Origin: Eledone cirrhosa | Lineage: Eukaryota | NCBI GenBank assembly: GCA_964016885.1 | Contig: OZ024740.1 | Span: forward strand, 295,926,001-295,990,000 | Direction: 5' to 3' | DNA length: 64,000 nucleotides | Part shown: one piece after another, positions 1-15,000 of the stretch | Layout: the number at the start of each line of letters is the position of its first letter | Position numbering within the stretch: position 1 is the stretch's first letter | Position numbers and translations under genes: made by a program | The notes under the pieces: generated by a model | Told to the model about the DNA's origin: nothing | What the model saw: the letters and a program-made list of their open reading frames with translations, nothing else | The model's database searches: none

Positions 1-3000
1 TTATATAGACAGTGAGTGTACCTAAGAATATATTATATAGACAGTGAATGTATCCAAGAATATATTATATAGACAGTGAGTGTACATAAGAATATATTAT
101 ATAGACAGTGAGTGTACCTAAGAATATATTATATAGATAGTGAGTGTATCTAAGAATATATTATATAGATAGTGAGTGTATCTAAGAATATATTATATAG
201 ACAGTGAGTGTACCTAAGAATATATTATATAGACAGTGAGTGTACCTAAGAATATATTATATAGACAGTGAGTGTACCTAAGAATATATTATATATACAG
301 TGAGTGTACCTAGGAATATATTATATAGACAGTGAGTGTACCTAAGCATATATTATATAGACAGTGAGTGTACCTAAGATTATATTATATAGACAGTGAG
401 TGTAACTAAGAATATATTATATAGACAGTGAGTGTACCCGAGAATATATTATATAGACAGTGATTGTACCTAAGAATATATTATATAGACAGTGAGTGTA
501 CCTAACAATATATTATATAGACAGTGAGTGTACCTAAGAATATATTATATAGAAAGTCAGTGTACCAAACAAAATATTAAATAGACAGTGAGTGTACCTA
601 TGAATATATTATATAGACAGTCAGTGTACTGAGAATATATTATATAGACAGTGAGTGTACCTAAGAATATATTATATAGATAGTGAGTGTATCTAAGAAT
701 ATATTATATAGATAGTGAGTGTATCTAAGAATATATTATATAGACAGTGAGTGTACCTAAGAATATATTATATAGACAGTGAGTGTACCTAAGAATATAT
801 TATATAGACAGTGATTGTACCTAAGAATATATTATATAGACAGTGAGTGTACCTGAAAATATATATTATATAGACAGTGAGTGTACCTAAGAATATATTA
901 TATAGACAGTGAATGTATCCAAGAATATATTATATAGATAGTGAGTGTATCTGAGAATATATTATATAGACAGTGAGTGTACATAAGAATATATTATATA
1001 GATAGTGAGTGTATCCAAGAATATATTATATAGACAGTGAGTGTACCTGAAAATATATATTATATAGACAGTGAGTGTACCTAAGAATATATTATATAGA
1101 CAGTGAATGTATCAAAGAATATATTATATAGATAGTGAGTGTACCTGAGAATATATTATATAGACAGTAAGTGTACCTAAGAATATATTATATAGACAGG
1201 GAATGTATCCAAGAATATATTATATAGATAGTGAGTGTATCTGAGAATATATTATATAGACAGTGAGTGTACATAAGAATATATTATATAGACAGTGAGC
1301 GTACCTACGAATATATTATATAGATAGTGAGTGTACCTGAGAATATATTATATAGACAGTGAGTGTACCTAAGAATATATTATATAGAGTGTGAGTGTTC
1401 CTAAGAATATATTATATAGACAGTGAGTGTACTGAATATATATTATATAGACAATGAGTGTACCTAAGAATATATTATATAGACAGTGAGTGTACCTAAG
1501 AATATATTATATAGACAGTGAGTGTACCTAAGAATATATTATATAGACAGTGAGTGTACCTAAGAATATATTATATAGACAGTGAGTGTACCTAAGAATA
1601 TATTATATAGACAGTGAGTGTACCTAAGAATATATTATATAGAGTGTGAGTGTTCCTAAGAATATATTATATAGACAGTGAGTGTTCTGAATATATATTA
1701 TATAGACAATGAGTGTACCTAAGAATATATTATATAGACAGTGAGTGTACCTGACAATATATTATATAGACAGTGAGTGTACCTAAGAATATATTATATA
1801 GACAGTGAGTGTACCTAAGAATATATTATATAGACAGTGAGTGTTCCTAAGAATATATTATATAGACAGTGAGTGTACTGAATATATATTATATAGACAA
1901 TGAGTGTACCTAAGAATATATTATATAGACAGAGAGTGTACGTAAGAATATATTATATAGATAGTGAGCGTACCTGAGATTATATTATATAGACAGTGAG
2001 TGTACCTAAGAATATATTATATAGACAGTGAGTGTACCTAATAAAATATTATATAGAGAGTGAGTGTACCTAAGAATATATTACATAGACAGTGAGTGTA
2101 CCTGACAATATATTATATAGATAGTGAGTGTACCTAAGAATATATTATATAGACAGTGAGTGTAACTAATAATATATTATATAGACAGTGATTGTACCTA
2201 AGAATATATTATATAGGCACTGAATGGACCTGAGAACATATTATCTAGACAATAAGTGTACCTAAGGATATATTATATAGAGAGTGAGTGTACTGAGAAT
2301 ATATTATATAGACAGTGAATGTATCCAAGAATATATTATATAGACAGTGAGTGTACCTGAGAATATATTATATAGACAGTGAGTGTACCTAAGAATATAT
2401 TATATAGATAGTGAGTGTATCCAAGAATATATTATATAGACAGTGAGTGTACCTGAAAACATATATTATATAGACAGTGAGTGTACCTAAGAATATATTA
2501 TATAGACAGTGAATGTATCCAAGAATATATTATATAGATAGTGAGTGTATCTGAGAATATATTATATAGACAGTGAGTGTACATAAGAATATATTATATA
2601 GATAGTGAGTGTATCCAAGAATATATTATATAGATAGTGAGTGTATCTGAGAATATATTATATAGACAGTGAGTGTACATAAGAATATATTATATAGACA
2701 GTGAGTGTAACTAAGAATATATTATATAGATATTGAGTGTACCTGAGAATATATTATATAGACAGTGCGTGTACCTAAGCATATATTATATAGACAGGAG
2801 TGTACCTGAGAATATATTATATAGACAGTGAGTGTATCTAAGAATATATTATATAGACAGCAAGTGTACTGAATATATATTATATAGACAATGAGTGTAC
2901 CTAAGAATATATTATATAGACAGTGAGTGTACCTAAGAATATATTATATAGACAGTGAGTTTACTGAATATATATTATATAGACAATGAGTGTACCTAAG

Positions 3001-6000
3001 AATATATTATATAGACAGTGAGTGTACCTAACAATATATTATATAGACAGTGAGTGTACCTAAGAATATATTATATAGACAGTGAGTGTACCTAAGAATA
3101 TATTATATAGACAGAGAGTGTTCCTAAGAATATATTATATAGAAAGTGAGTGTACTGAATATATATTATATAGACAATGAGTGTACCTAAGAATATATTA
3201 TATAGACAGAGAGTGTACCTAACAATATATTATATAGACAGTGAGTGTACCTAAGAATATATTATATAGACATCCAGTGTACTGAATATATATTATATAT
3301 ACAATGAGTGTACCTAAGAATATATTATATAGACAGTGAGTGTACCTGACAATATATTATATAGATAGTGAGTGTACCTAAGAATATATTATATAGACAG
3401 TGAGTGTAACTAATAATATATTATATAGACAGTGATTGTACCTAAGAATATATTATATAGGCACTGAATGGACCTGAGAATATATTATCTAGACAATAAG
3501 TGTACCTAAGGATGTATTATATAGAGAGTGAGTGTACTGAGAATATATTATATAGACAGTGAATGTATCCAAGAATATATTATATAGACAGTGAGTGTAC
3601 CTGAGAATATATTATATAGACAGTGAGTGTACCTAAGAATATATTATATAGATAGTGAGTGTATCCAAGAATATATTATATAGACAGTGAGTGTACCTGA
3701 AAATATATATTATATAAACAGTGAGTGTACCTAAGAATATATTATATAGACAGTGAATGTATCTAAGAATATATTATATAGATAGTGAGTGTATCTGAGA
3801 ATATATTATATAGATAGTGAGTGTACATAAGAATATATTATATAGATAGTGAGTGTATCCAAGAATATATTATATTGACAGTGAGTGTACCTGAGAATAT
3901 ATTATATAGACAGTGAGTGTACCTAAGAATATAATATATAGACAGTGAATGTATCCAAGAATATATTATATAGATAGTGAGTGCATCTGAGAATATATTA
4001 TATAGACAGTGAGTGTACATAAGAATATTTTATATAGACAGTGAGTGTACCTAAGAATATATTATATAGATAGTGAGTGTATCTAAGAATATATTATATA
4101 GATAGTGAGTGTATCTAAGAATATATTATATAGACAGTGAGTGTACCTAAGAATATATTATATAGACAGTGAGTGTACCTAAGAATATATTATATAGACA
4201 GTGAGTGTACCTAAGAATATATTATATAGACAGTGAGTGTACCTAGGACTATATTATATAGACAGTGAGTGTACCTAAGCATATATTATATAGACAGTGA
4301 GTGTACCTAAGATTATATTATATAGACAGTGAGTGTAACTAAGAATATATTATATAGACAGTGAGTGTACCCGAGAATATATTATATAGACAGTGATTGT
4401 ACCTAAGAATATATTATATAGACAATGAGTGTACCTAACAATATATTATATAGACAGTGAGTGTACCTAAGAATATATTATATAGAAAGTGAGTGTACCA
4501 AACAATATATTATATAGACAGTGAGTGTACATATGAATATATTATATAGACAGTGAGTGTACCTAAGAATATATTATATAGAGAGTGAGTGTACCTAAGA
4601 ATATATTATATAGACAGTGAGTGTACCTAAGAATATATTATATAGACAGTGATTGTACCGAAGAATATATTATATAGGCACTGACTGGACCTGAGAATAT
4701 AATATAGAGACACTAAGTGTACCTAAGAATATATTATATAGAGAGTGAGTGTACTGAGAATATATTATATAGACAGTGAGTGTACTGAGAATATATTATA
4801 TAGACAGTGAGTGTACCTAAGAATATATTATATAGAGAGTGAGTGTACCCGAGAATATATTATATAGACAGTGAGTGTACCTAAGAATATGTTATATAGA
4901 CAGTGAGTGTACCTAAGAATATATTATATAGACAGTGAGTGTACCTAAGAATATATTATATAGACAATGAGTGTACCTAAGAATATATTATATAGAGATT
5001 GAGTGTATCTAAGAATATATTATATAGACAGTGAGTGTACCTAAGAATATATTATATAGACAGTGAGTGTACCTGAGAATATATTATATAGACAGTGAGT
5101 GTACCTAAGGATATATTATATAGATAGTGAGTGTACCTGAGAATATATTATATAGACAGTGAGTGTTCCTAAGAATATATTATATAGACAGCAAGTGTAC
5201 TGAATATATATTATATAGACAATGAGTGTACCTAAGAATATATTATATAGACAGTGAGTGTACCTAACAATATATTATATAGACAGTGAGTGTATCTCAG
5301 AATATATTATATAGACAGCCAGTGTACTGAATATATATTATATATACAATGAGTGTACCTAAGAATATATTATAGAGACAGTGAGTGTACTGAGAATATA
5401 TTATATAGACAGTGAATGTATCTATGAATATATTATATAGACAGTGAGTGTACCTGAGAATATATTATATAGACGGTGAGTGTACCTAAGAATATATTAT
5501 ATAGATAGTGAGTGTATCCAAGAATATATTATATAGACAGTGAGTGTACCTGAAAATATATATTATATAGACAGTGAGTGTACCTAAGAATATATTATAT
5601 AGACAGTGAATGTATCCAAGAATATATTATATAGATAGTGAGTGTATCTGAGAATATATTATATAGACAGTGAGTGTACATAAGAATATATTATATAGAT
5701 AGTGAGTGTATCCAAGAATAAATTATATAGACAGTGAGTGTACCTGAGAATATATTATAAAGACAGTGAGTGTACCTAAGAATATATTATATAGACAGCA
5801 AGTGTACTGAATATATATTATATAGACAATGAGTGTACCTAAGAATATATTATATAGACAGTGAGTGTACCTAAGAATATATTATATAGACAGTGAGTGT
5901 ACCTAAGAATATATTATATAGACAGTGAGTGTACCTAAGAATATATTATATAGATAGTGAGTGTACCTGAGAATATATTATATAGGCAGTGAGTGTACCT

Positions 6001-9000
6001 AAGAATATATTATATAGATAGTGAGTGTACCTGAGAATATATTATATAGACAGTGAGTGTTCCTAAGAATATATTATATAGACAGCAAGTGTACTGAATA
6101 TATATTATATAGACAATGAGTGTACCTAAGAATATATTATATAGACAGTGAGTGTACCTAAGAATATATTATATAGACAGTGAGTGTACCTAAGAATATA
6201 TTATATAGACAGTGAGTGTACCTAAGAATATATTATATAGACAGTGAGTGTTCCTAAGAATATATTATATAGACAGTGAGTGTACTGAATATATATTATA
6301 TAGACAATGAGTGTACCTAAGAATATATTATATAGACAGTGAGTGTACCGAGGAATATATTATATAGATAGTGAGCGTACCTGAGAATATATTATATAGA
6401 CAGTGAGTGTACCTAAGAATATATTATATAGACAGTGAGTGTACCTAATAAAATATTATATAGAGAGTGAGTGTACCTAAGAATATATTACATAGACAGT
6501 GAGTGTACCTGACAATATATTATATAGATAGTGAGTGTACCTAAGAATATATTATATATACAGTGAGTGTACCTAATAATATATTATATAGACAGTGATT
6601 GTACCTAAGAATATATTATATAGGCACTGAATGGACCTGAGAATATATTATCTAGACAATAAGTGTACCTAAGGATATATTATATAGAGAGTGAGTGTAC
6701 TGAGAATATATTATATAGACAGTGAATGTATCCAAGAATATATTATATAGACAGTGAGTGTACCTGAGAATATATTATATAGACAGTGAGTGTACCTAAG
6801 AATATATTATATAGATAGTGAGTGTATCCAAGAATATATTATATAGACAGTGAGTGTACCTGAAAACATATATTATATAGACAGTGAGTGTACCTAAGAA
6901 TATATTATATAGACAGTGAATGTATCCAAGAATATATTATATAGATAGTGAGTGTATCTGAGAATATATTATATAGACAGTGAGTGTACATAAGAATATA
7001 TTATATAGATAGTGAGTGTATCCAAGAATATATTATATAGATAGTGAGTGTATCTGAGAATATATTATATAGACAGTGAGTGTACATAAGAATATATTAT
7101 ATAGACAGTGAGTGTACCTTACAATATATTATATAGATATTGAGTGTACCTGAGAATATATTATATAGACAGTGCGTGTACCTAAGCATATATTATATAG
7201 ACAGGAGTGTACCTGAGAATATATTATATAGACAGTGAGTGTATCTAAGATCTAAGAATATATTATATAGACAGTGAGTGTACCTAAGAATATATTATAT
7301 AGATAGTGAGTGTACCTGAGAATATATTATATAGACAGTGAGTGTTCCTAAGAATATATTATATAGACAGCAAGTGTACTGAATATATATTATATAGACA
7401 ATGAGTGTACCTAAGAATATATTATATAGACAGTGAGTGTACCTAAGAATATATTATATAGACAGTGAGTTTACTGAATATATATTATATAGACAATGAG
7501 TCTACCTAAGAATATATTATATAGACAGTGAGTGTACCTAACAATATATTATATAGACAGTGAGTGTACCTAAGAATATATTATATAGACAGTGAGTGTA
7601 CCTAAGAATATATTATATAGACAGTGAGTGTATCTGAGAATATATTATATAGACAGTGAGTGTAATTAAGAATATATTATATAGACAATAAGTGTACCTA
7701 AGAATATTTTATATACACAGTGAGTGTACCTAATATTATATTATATAGACAGTGAGTGTAACTGAGAATATATTATATAGACAGTGAGTGTACCTGAGAA
7801 TATATTACATATACAGTGAGTGTACCTAAGAATATATTATATAGACAGTGAGTGTACCTAAGAATATATTATATAGAGAGTGAGTGTACCTAAGAATATA
7901 TTATATAGACAGTGAGTGTACCTAAGAATATATTATATAGACAGTGAGTCTACCTAAGAATATATTATATAGACAGTGATTGTACCTAAGAATATATTAT
8001 ATAGACAGTGAGTGTACCTAATAATATATTATATAGACAGTGATTGTACCGAAGAATATATTATATAGGCACTGACTGGACCTGAGAATATATTATATAG
8101 ACAATAAGTGTACCTAAGAATATATTATATAGAGAGTGTGTGTACTGAGAATATATTATATAGACAGTGAGTGTACTGAGAATATATTATATAGACAGTG
8201 AGTGTACCTAATAATATATTATATAGAGAGTGAGTGTACCCGAGAATATATTATATAGACTGTGAGTGTACCTCAGAATATATTATATAGACAGTGAGTG
8301 TCCCTAATAATATATTATAGAGACAGTGAGTGTACTGAGAATATATTATATAGACAGCGACTGTACCTAAGAATATATTATATAGATAGTGAGTGTACCT
8401 GAGAATATATTATATAGACAGTGAGTGTTCCTAAGAAAATATTATATAGACAACAAGTGTACTGAATATATATTATATAGACAATGAGTGTACGTAAGAA
8501 TATATTATATAGACAGTGAGTGTACCTAAGAATATATTATATAGACAGTGAGTGTACCTAAGAATATATTATATAGACAGTGAGTGTACCTAAGAATATA
8601 TTATACAGACAGTGAGTGCACCTAAGAATATGTTATATAGACAGTGAGTGTTCCTAAGAATATATTATATAGTCAGTGAGTGTACTGAATATATATTATA
8701 TAGACAATGAGTGTACCTAAGAATATATTATATAGACTGTGTGTGTACCTAACAACATATTATATAGACAGTGAGTGTACCAAAGAATATATTATATAGA
8801 CAGTAAGTGTACCTAACAATATATTATATAGACAGTGAGTGTACCTAAGAATATATTATATAGAGAGTGATTGTACTTAACAATATATTATATAGACAGT
8901 GAGTGTTCCTAAGAATATATTATATAGACAGCCAATGTACTGAATATATATTATATAGACAATGAGTGTACCTAAGAATATATTATATAGACAGTGAGTG

Positions 9001-12000
9001 TACCTAACAATATATTATATAGACAGTGAGTGTACCTAAGAATATATTATATAGATAGTGAGTGTACCTGAGAATATATTATATAGACAGTGATTGTACC
9101 TAAGAATATATTATATAGACAGTGAGTGTACCTGAGAATATATTATATAGATAGTGAGTGTACCTAACAATATATTATATAGACAGTGAGTGTACCTGAG
9201 AATATATTATATAGACAGTGATTGTACCTAAGAATATATTATATAGACAGTGAGTGTACCTAAGAATATATTATATAGACAGTGAGTGTACCTAAGAATA
9301 TATTATATAGACAGTGAGTGTACCTAACAATATATTATATAGACAGTGAGTGTACCTAAGAATATATTAAATAGACAGTGAGTGTACCTAAGAATATATT
9401 ATATAGAGATTGATCGTACCTAAGAATATATTATATAGACAGTGAGTGTACCTAAGAATATATTATATAGACAGTGAGTGTACATAAGAATATATTATAT
9501 AGATAGTGAGTGTACCTGAGAATATATTATATAGACAGTGATTGTACCTAAGAATATATTATATAGACAGTGAGTGTACCTAAGAATATATTATATAGAC
9601 AGTGAGTGTACCTAAGAATATATTATATAGACAGTGATTGTACCTAAGAATATATTATATAGACAGTGAGTGTACCTGAGAATATATTATATAGACAATG
9701 AGTGTACCTAAGAACATATTATATAGTCAGTGAGTGTACTGAGGATATTTTATATAGACAGTGAGTGTACCTAAGAATATATTATATAGAGATTGATCGT
9801 ACCTAAGAATATATTATATAGACAGTGAGTGTACCTAAGAATATATTATATAGACAGTGAGTGTACCTAAGAATATATTATATAGATAGTGAGTGTACCT
9901 GAGAATATATTATAGAGACAGTTAATGTACCTAAGAATATATTATATAGACAGTGAGTGTACCTAAGAATATATTATATAGATAGTGAGTGTACTGAGAA
10001 GATATTATATAGACAGTGAGTGTACCTGAGAATATATTATATAGACAGTGAGTGTACCTAAGAATATATTATATAGACAGTTAGTGTACCTAAGAATATA
10101 TTATATATACAGCGAGTGTACTGAATATATATTATATGGACAATGAGTGTACCTAAGAATATATTATATAGACAGTGAGTGTACCTAAGAATATATTATA
10201 TAGACAGTGAGTGTATCTGAGAATATATTATATAGACAGTGAGTGTAATTAAGAATATATTATATAGACAATAAGTGTACCTAAGAATATTTTATATAGA
10301 CAGTGAGTGTACCTAATATTATATTATATAGACAGTGAGTGTAACTGAGAATATATTATATAGACAGTGAGTGTATCTGAGAATATATTATATACACAGT
10401 GAGTGTACCTGAGAATATATTACATATACAGTGAGTGTACCTAAGAATATATTATATAGACAGTGAGTGTACCTAAGAATATATTATATAGACAGTGAGT
10501 GTACCCGAGAATATATTATATAGTCAGTTAGTGTACCTGAGAATATATTATATAGACAGTGACTGTACCTAACAATATATTATATAGACTGTGAGTGTAC
10601 CTAAGAATATATTATATAGATAGTGAGTGTACCTAAGAATATATTATATAGAGAGTGAGTGTACCTAAGAATATATTATATAGACAGTGAGTGTACCTAA
10701 GAATATATTATATAGACAGTGAGTCTACCTAAGAATATGTTATATAGACAGTGATTGTACCTAAGAATATATTATATAGACAGTGAGTGTACCTAATAAT
10801 ATATTATATAGACAGTGATTGTACCGAAGAATATATTATATAGGCACTGACTGGACCTGAGAATATATTATATAGACAATAAGTGTACCTAAGAATATAT
10901 TATATAGAGAGTGTGTGTACTGAGAATATATTATATAGACAGTGAGTGTACTGAGAATATATTATATAGACAGTGAGTGTACCTAATAATATATTATATA
11001 GAGAGTGAGAGTACCCGAGAATATATTATATAGACAGTGAGTGTCCCTAAGAATATATTATAGAGACAGTGAGTGTACTGAGAATATATTATATAGACAG
11101 TGACTGTACCTAAGAATATATTATATAGATAGTGAGTGTACCTGAGAATATATTATATAGACAGTGAGTGTTCCTAAGAAAATATTATATAGACAACAAG
11201 TGTACTGAATATATATTATATAGACAATGAGTGTACGTAAGAATATATTATATAGACAGTGAGTTTACCTAAGAATATATTATATAGACAGTGAGTGTAC
11301 CTAAGAATATATTATATAGACAGTGAGTGTACTGAATATATATTATATAGACAATGAGTGTACCTAAGAATATATTATATAGACTGTGTGTGTACCTAAC
11401 AACATATTATATAGACAGTGAGTGTACCAAAGAATATATTATATAGACAGTAAGTGTACCTAACAATATATTATATAGACAGTGAGTGTACCTAAGAATA
11501 TATTATATAGACAATGAGTGTACCTAAGAACATATTATATAGTCAGTGAGTGTACTGAGGATATTTTATATAGACAGTGAGTGTACCTAAGAATATATTA
11601 TATAGAGATTGATCGTACCTAAGAATATATTATATAGACAGTGAGTGTACCTAGGAATATATTATATAGACAGTGAGTGTACCTAAGAATATATTATATA
11701 GATAGTGAGTGTACCTGAGAATATATTAAATAGACAGTTAATGTACCTAAGAATATATTATATAAACAGTGAGTGTACCTAAGAATATATTATATAGACA
11801 GTGATTGTACCTAAGAATATATTATATAGACAGTGAGTGTACCTGAGAATATATTATATAGACAATGAGTGTACCTAAGAACATATTATATAGTCAGTGA
11901 GTGTACTGAGGATATTTTATATAGACAGTGAGTGTACCTAAGAATATATTATATAGAGATTGATCGTACCTAAGAATATATTATATAGACAGTGAGTGTA

Positions 12001-15000
12001 CCTAAGAATATATTATATAGACAGTGAGTGTACCTAAGAATATATTATATAGATAGTGAGTGTACCTGAGAATATATTATAGAGACAGTTAATGTACCTA
12101 AGAATATATTATATAGACAGTGAGTGTACCTAAGAATATATTATATAGATAGTGAGTGTACTGAGAAGATATTATATAGACAGTGAGTGTACCTGAGAAT
12201 ATATTATATAGACAGTGAGTGTACCTAAGAATATATTATATAGACAGTTAGTGTACCTAAGAATATATTATATATACAGCGAGTGTACTGAATATATATT
12301 ATATGGACAATGAGTGTACCTAAGAATATATTATATAGACAGTGAGTGTACCTAAGAATATATTATATAGACAGTGAGTGTATCTGAGAATATATTATAT
12401 AGACAGTGAGTGTAATTAAGAATATATTATATAGACAATAAGTGTACCTAAGAATATTTTATATAGACAGTGAGTGTACCTAATATTATATTATATAGAC
12501 AGTGAGTGTAACTGAGAATATATTATATAGACAGTGAGTGTATCTGAGAATATATTATATACACAGTGAGTGTACCTGAGAATATATTACATATACAGTG
12601 AGTGTACCTAAGAATATATTATATAGACAGTGAGTGTACCTAAGAATATATTATATAGACAGTGAGTGTACCCGAGAATATATTATATAGTCAGTTAGTG
12701 TACCTGAGAATATATTATATAGACAGTGACTGTACCTAACAATATATTATATAGACTGTGAGTGTACCTAAGAATATATTATATAGACAGTGAGTGTACC
12801 TAAGAATATATTATATAGAGAGTGAGTGTACCTAAGAATATATTATATAGACAGTGAGTGTACCTAAGAATATATTATATAGACAGTGAGTCTACCTAAG
12901 AATATGTTATATAGACAGTGATTGTACCTAAGAATATATTATATAGACAGTGAGTGTACCTAATAATATATTATATAGACAGTGATTGTACCGAAGAATA
13001 TATTATATAGGCACTGACTGGACCTGAGAATATATTATATAGACAATAAGTGTACCTAAGAATATATTATATAGAGAGTGTGTGTACTGAGAATATATTA
13101 TATAGACAGTGAGTGTACTGAGAATATATTATATAGACAGTGAGTGTACCTAATAATATATTATATAGAGAGTGAGTGTACCCGAGAATATATTATATAG
13201 ACAGTGAGTGTCCCTAAGAATATATTATAGAGACAGTGAGTGTACTGAGAATATATTATATAGACAGTGACTGTACCTAAGAATATATTATATAGATAGT
13301 GAGTGTACCTGAGAATATATTATATAGACAGTGAGTGTTCCTAAGAAAATATTATATAGACAACAAGTGTACTGAATATATATTATATAGACAATGAGTG
13401 TACGTAAGAATATATTATATAGACAGTGAGTTTACCTAAGAATATATTATATAGACAGTGAGTGTAACTGAGAATATATTATATAGACAGTGAGTGTATC
13501 TGAGAATATATTATATAGACAGTGAGTGTACCTGAGAATATATTACATATACAGTGAGTGTACCTAAGAATATATTATAGAGACAGTGAGTGTACTGAGA
13601 ATATATTATATAGACAGTGACTGTACCTAAGAATATATTATATAGATAGTGAGTGTACCTGAGAATATATTATATAGACAGTAAGTGTTCCTAAGAAAAT
13701 ATTATATAGACAACAAGTGTACTGAATATATATTATATAGACAATGAGTGTACGTAAGAATATATTATATAGACAGTGAGTGTACCTAAGAATATATTAT
13801 ATAGACAGTGAGTGTACCTAAGAATATATTATATAGACAGTGAGTGTACTGAATATATATTATATAGACAATGAGTGTACCTAAGAATATATTATATAGA
13901 CTGTGTGTGTACCTAACAACATATTATAGACAGTGAGTGTACCAAAGAATATATTATATAGACAGTAAGTGTACCTAACAATATATTATATAGACAGTGA
14001 GTGTACCTAAGAATATATTATATAGACAATGAGTGTACCTAAGAACATATTATATAGTCAGTGAGTGTACTGAGGATATTTTATATAGACAGTGAGTGTA
14101 CCTAAGAATATATTATATAGAGATTGATCGTACCTAAGAATATATTATATAGACAGTGAGTGTAATTAAGAATATATTATATAGACAGTGAGTGTACCTA
14201 AGAATATATTATATAGATAGTGAGTGTACCTGAGAATATATTATATAGACAGTTAATGTACCTAAGAATATATTATATAGACAGTGAGTGTACCTAAGAA
14301 TATATTATATAGATAGTGAGTGTACTGAGAAGATATTATATAGACAGTGAGTGTACCTGAGAATATATTATATAGACAGTGAGTGTACCTAAGAATATAT
14401 TATATAGACAGTTAGTGTACCTAAGAATATATTATATATACAGCGAGTGTACTGAATATATATTATATGGACAATGAGTGTACCTAAGAATATATTATAT
14501 AGACAGTGAGTGTACCTAAGAATATATTATATAGACAGTGAGTGTATCTGAGAATATATTATATAGACAGTGAGTGTAATTAAGAATATATTATATAGAC
14601 AATAAGTGTACCTAAGAATATTTTATATAGACAGTGAGTGTACCTAATATTATATTATATAGACAGTGAGTGTAACTGAGAATATATTATATAGACAGTG
14701 AGTGTATCTGAGAATATATTATATAGACAGTGAGTGTACCTGAGAATATATTACATATACAGTGAGTGTACCTAAGAATATATTATATAGACAGTGAGTG
14801 TACCTAAGAATATATTATATAGACAGTGAGTGTACCCGAGAATATATTATATAGTCAGTTAGTGTACCTGAGAATATATTATATAGACAGTGACTGTACC
14901 TAACAATATATTATATAGACTGTGAGTGTACCTAAGAATATATTATATAGACAGTGAGTGTACCTAAGAATATATTATATAGAGAGTGAGTGTACCTAAG

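Noticed and set aside
3838-4020. 60-aa minus-strand ORF
   Set aside because: It is a translation of satellite monomers whose variants happen to remove stop codons; the peptide simply follows the 96-bp (three-monomer) period.
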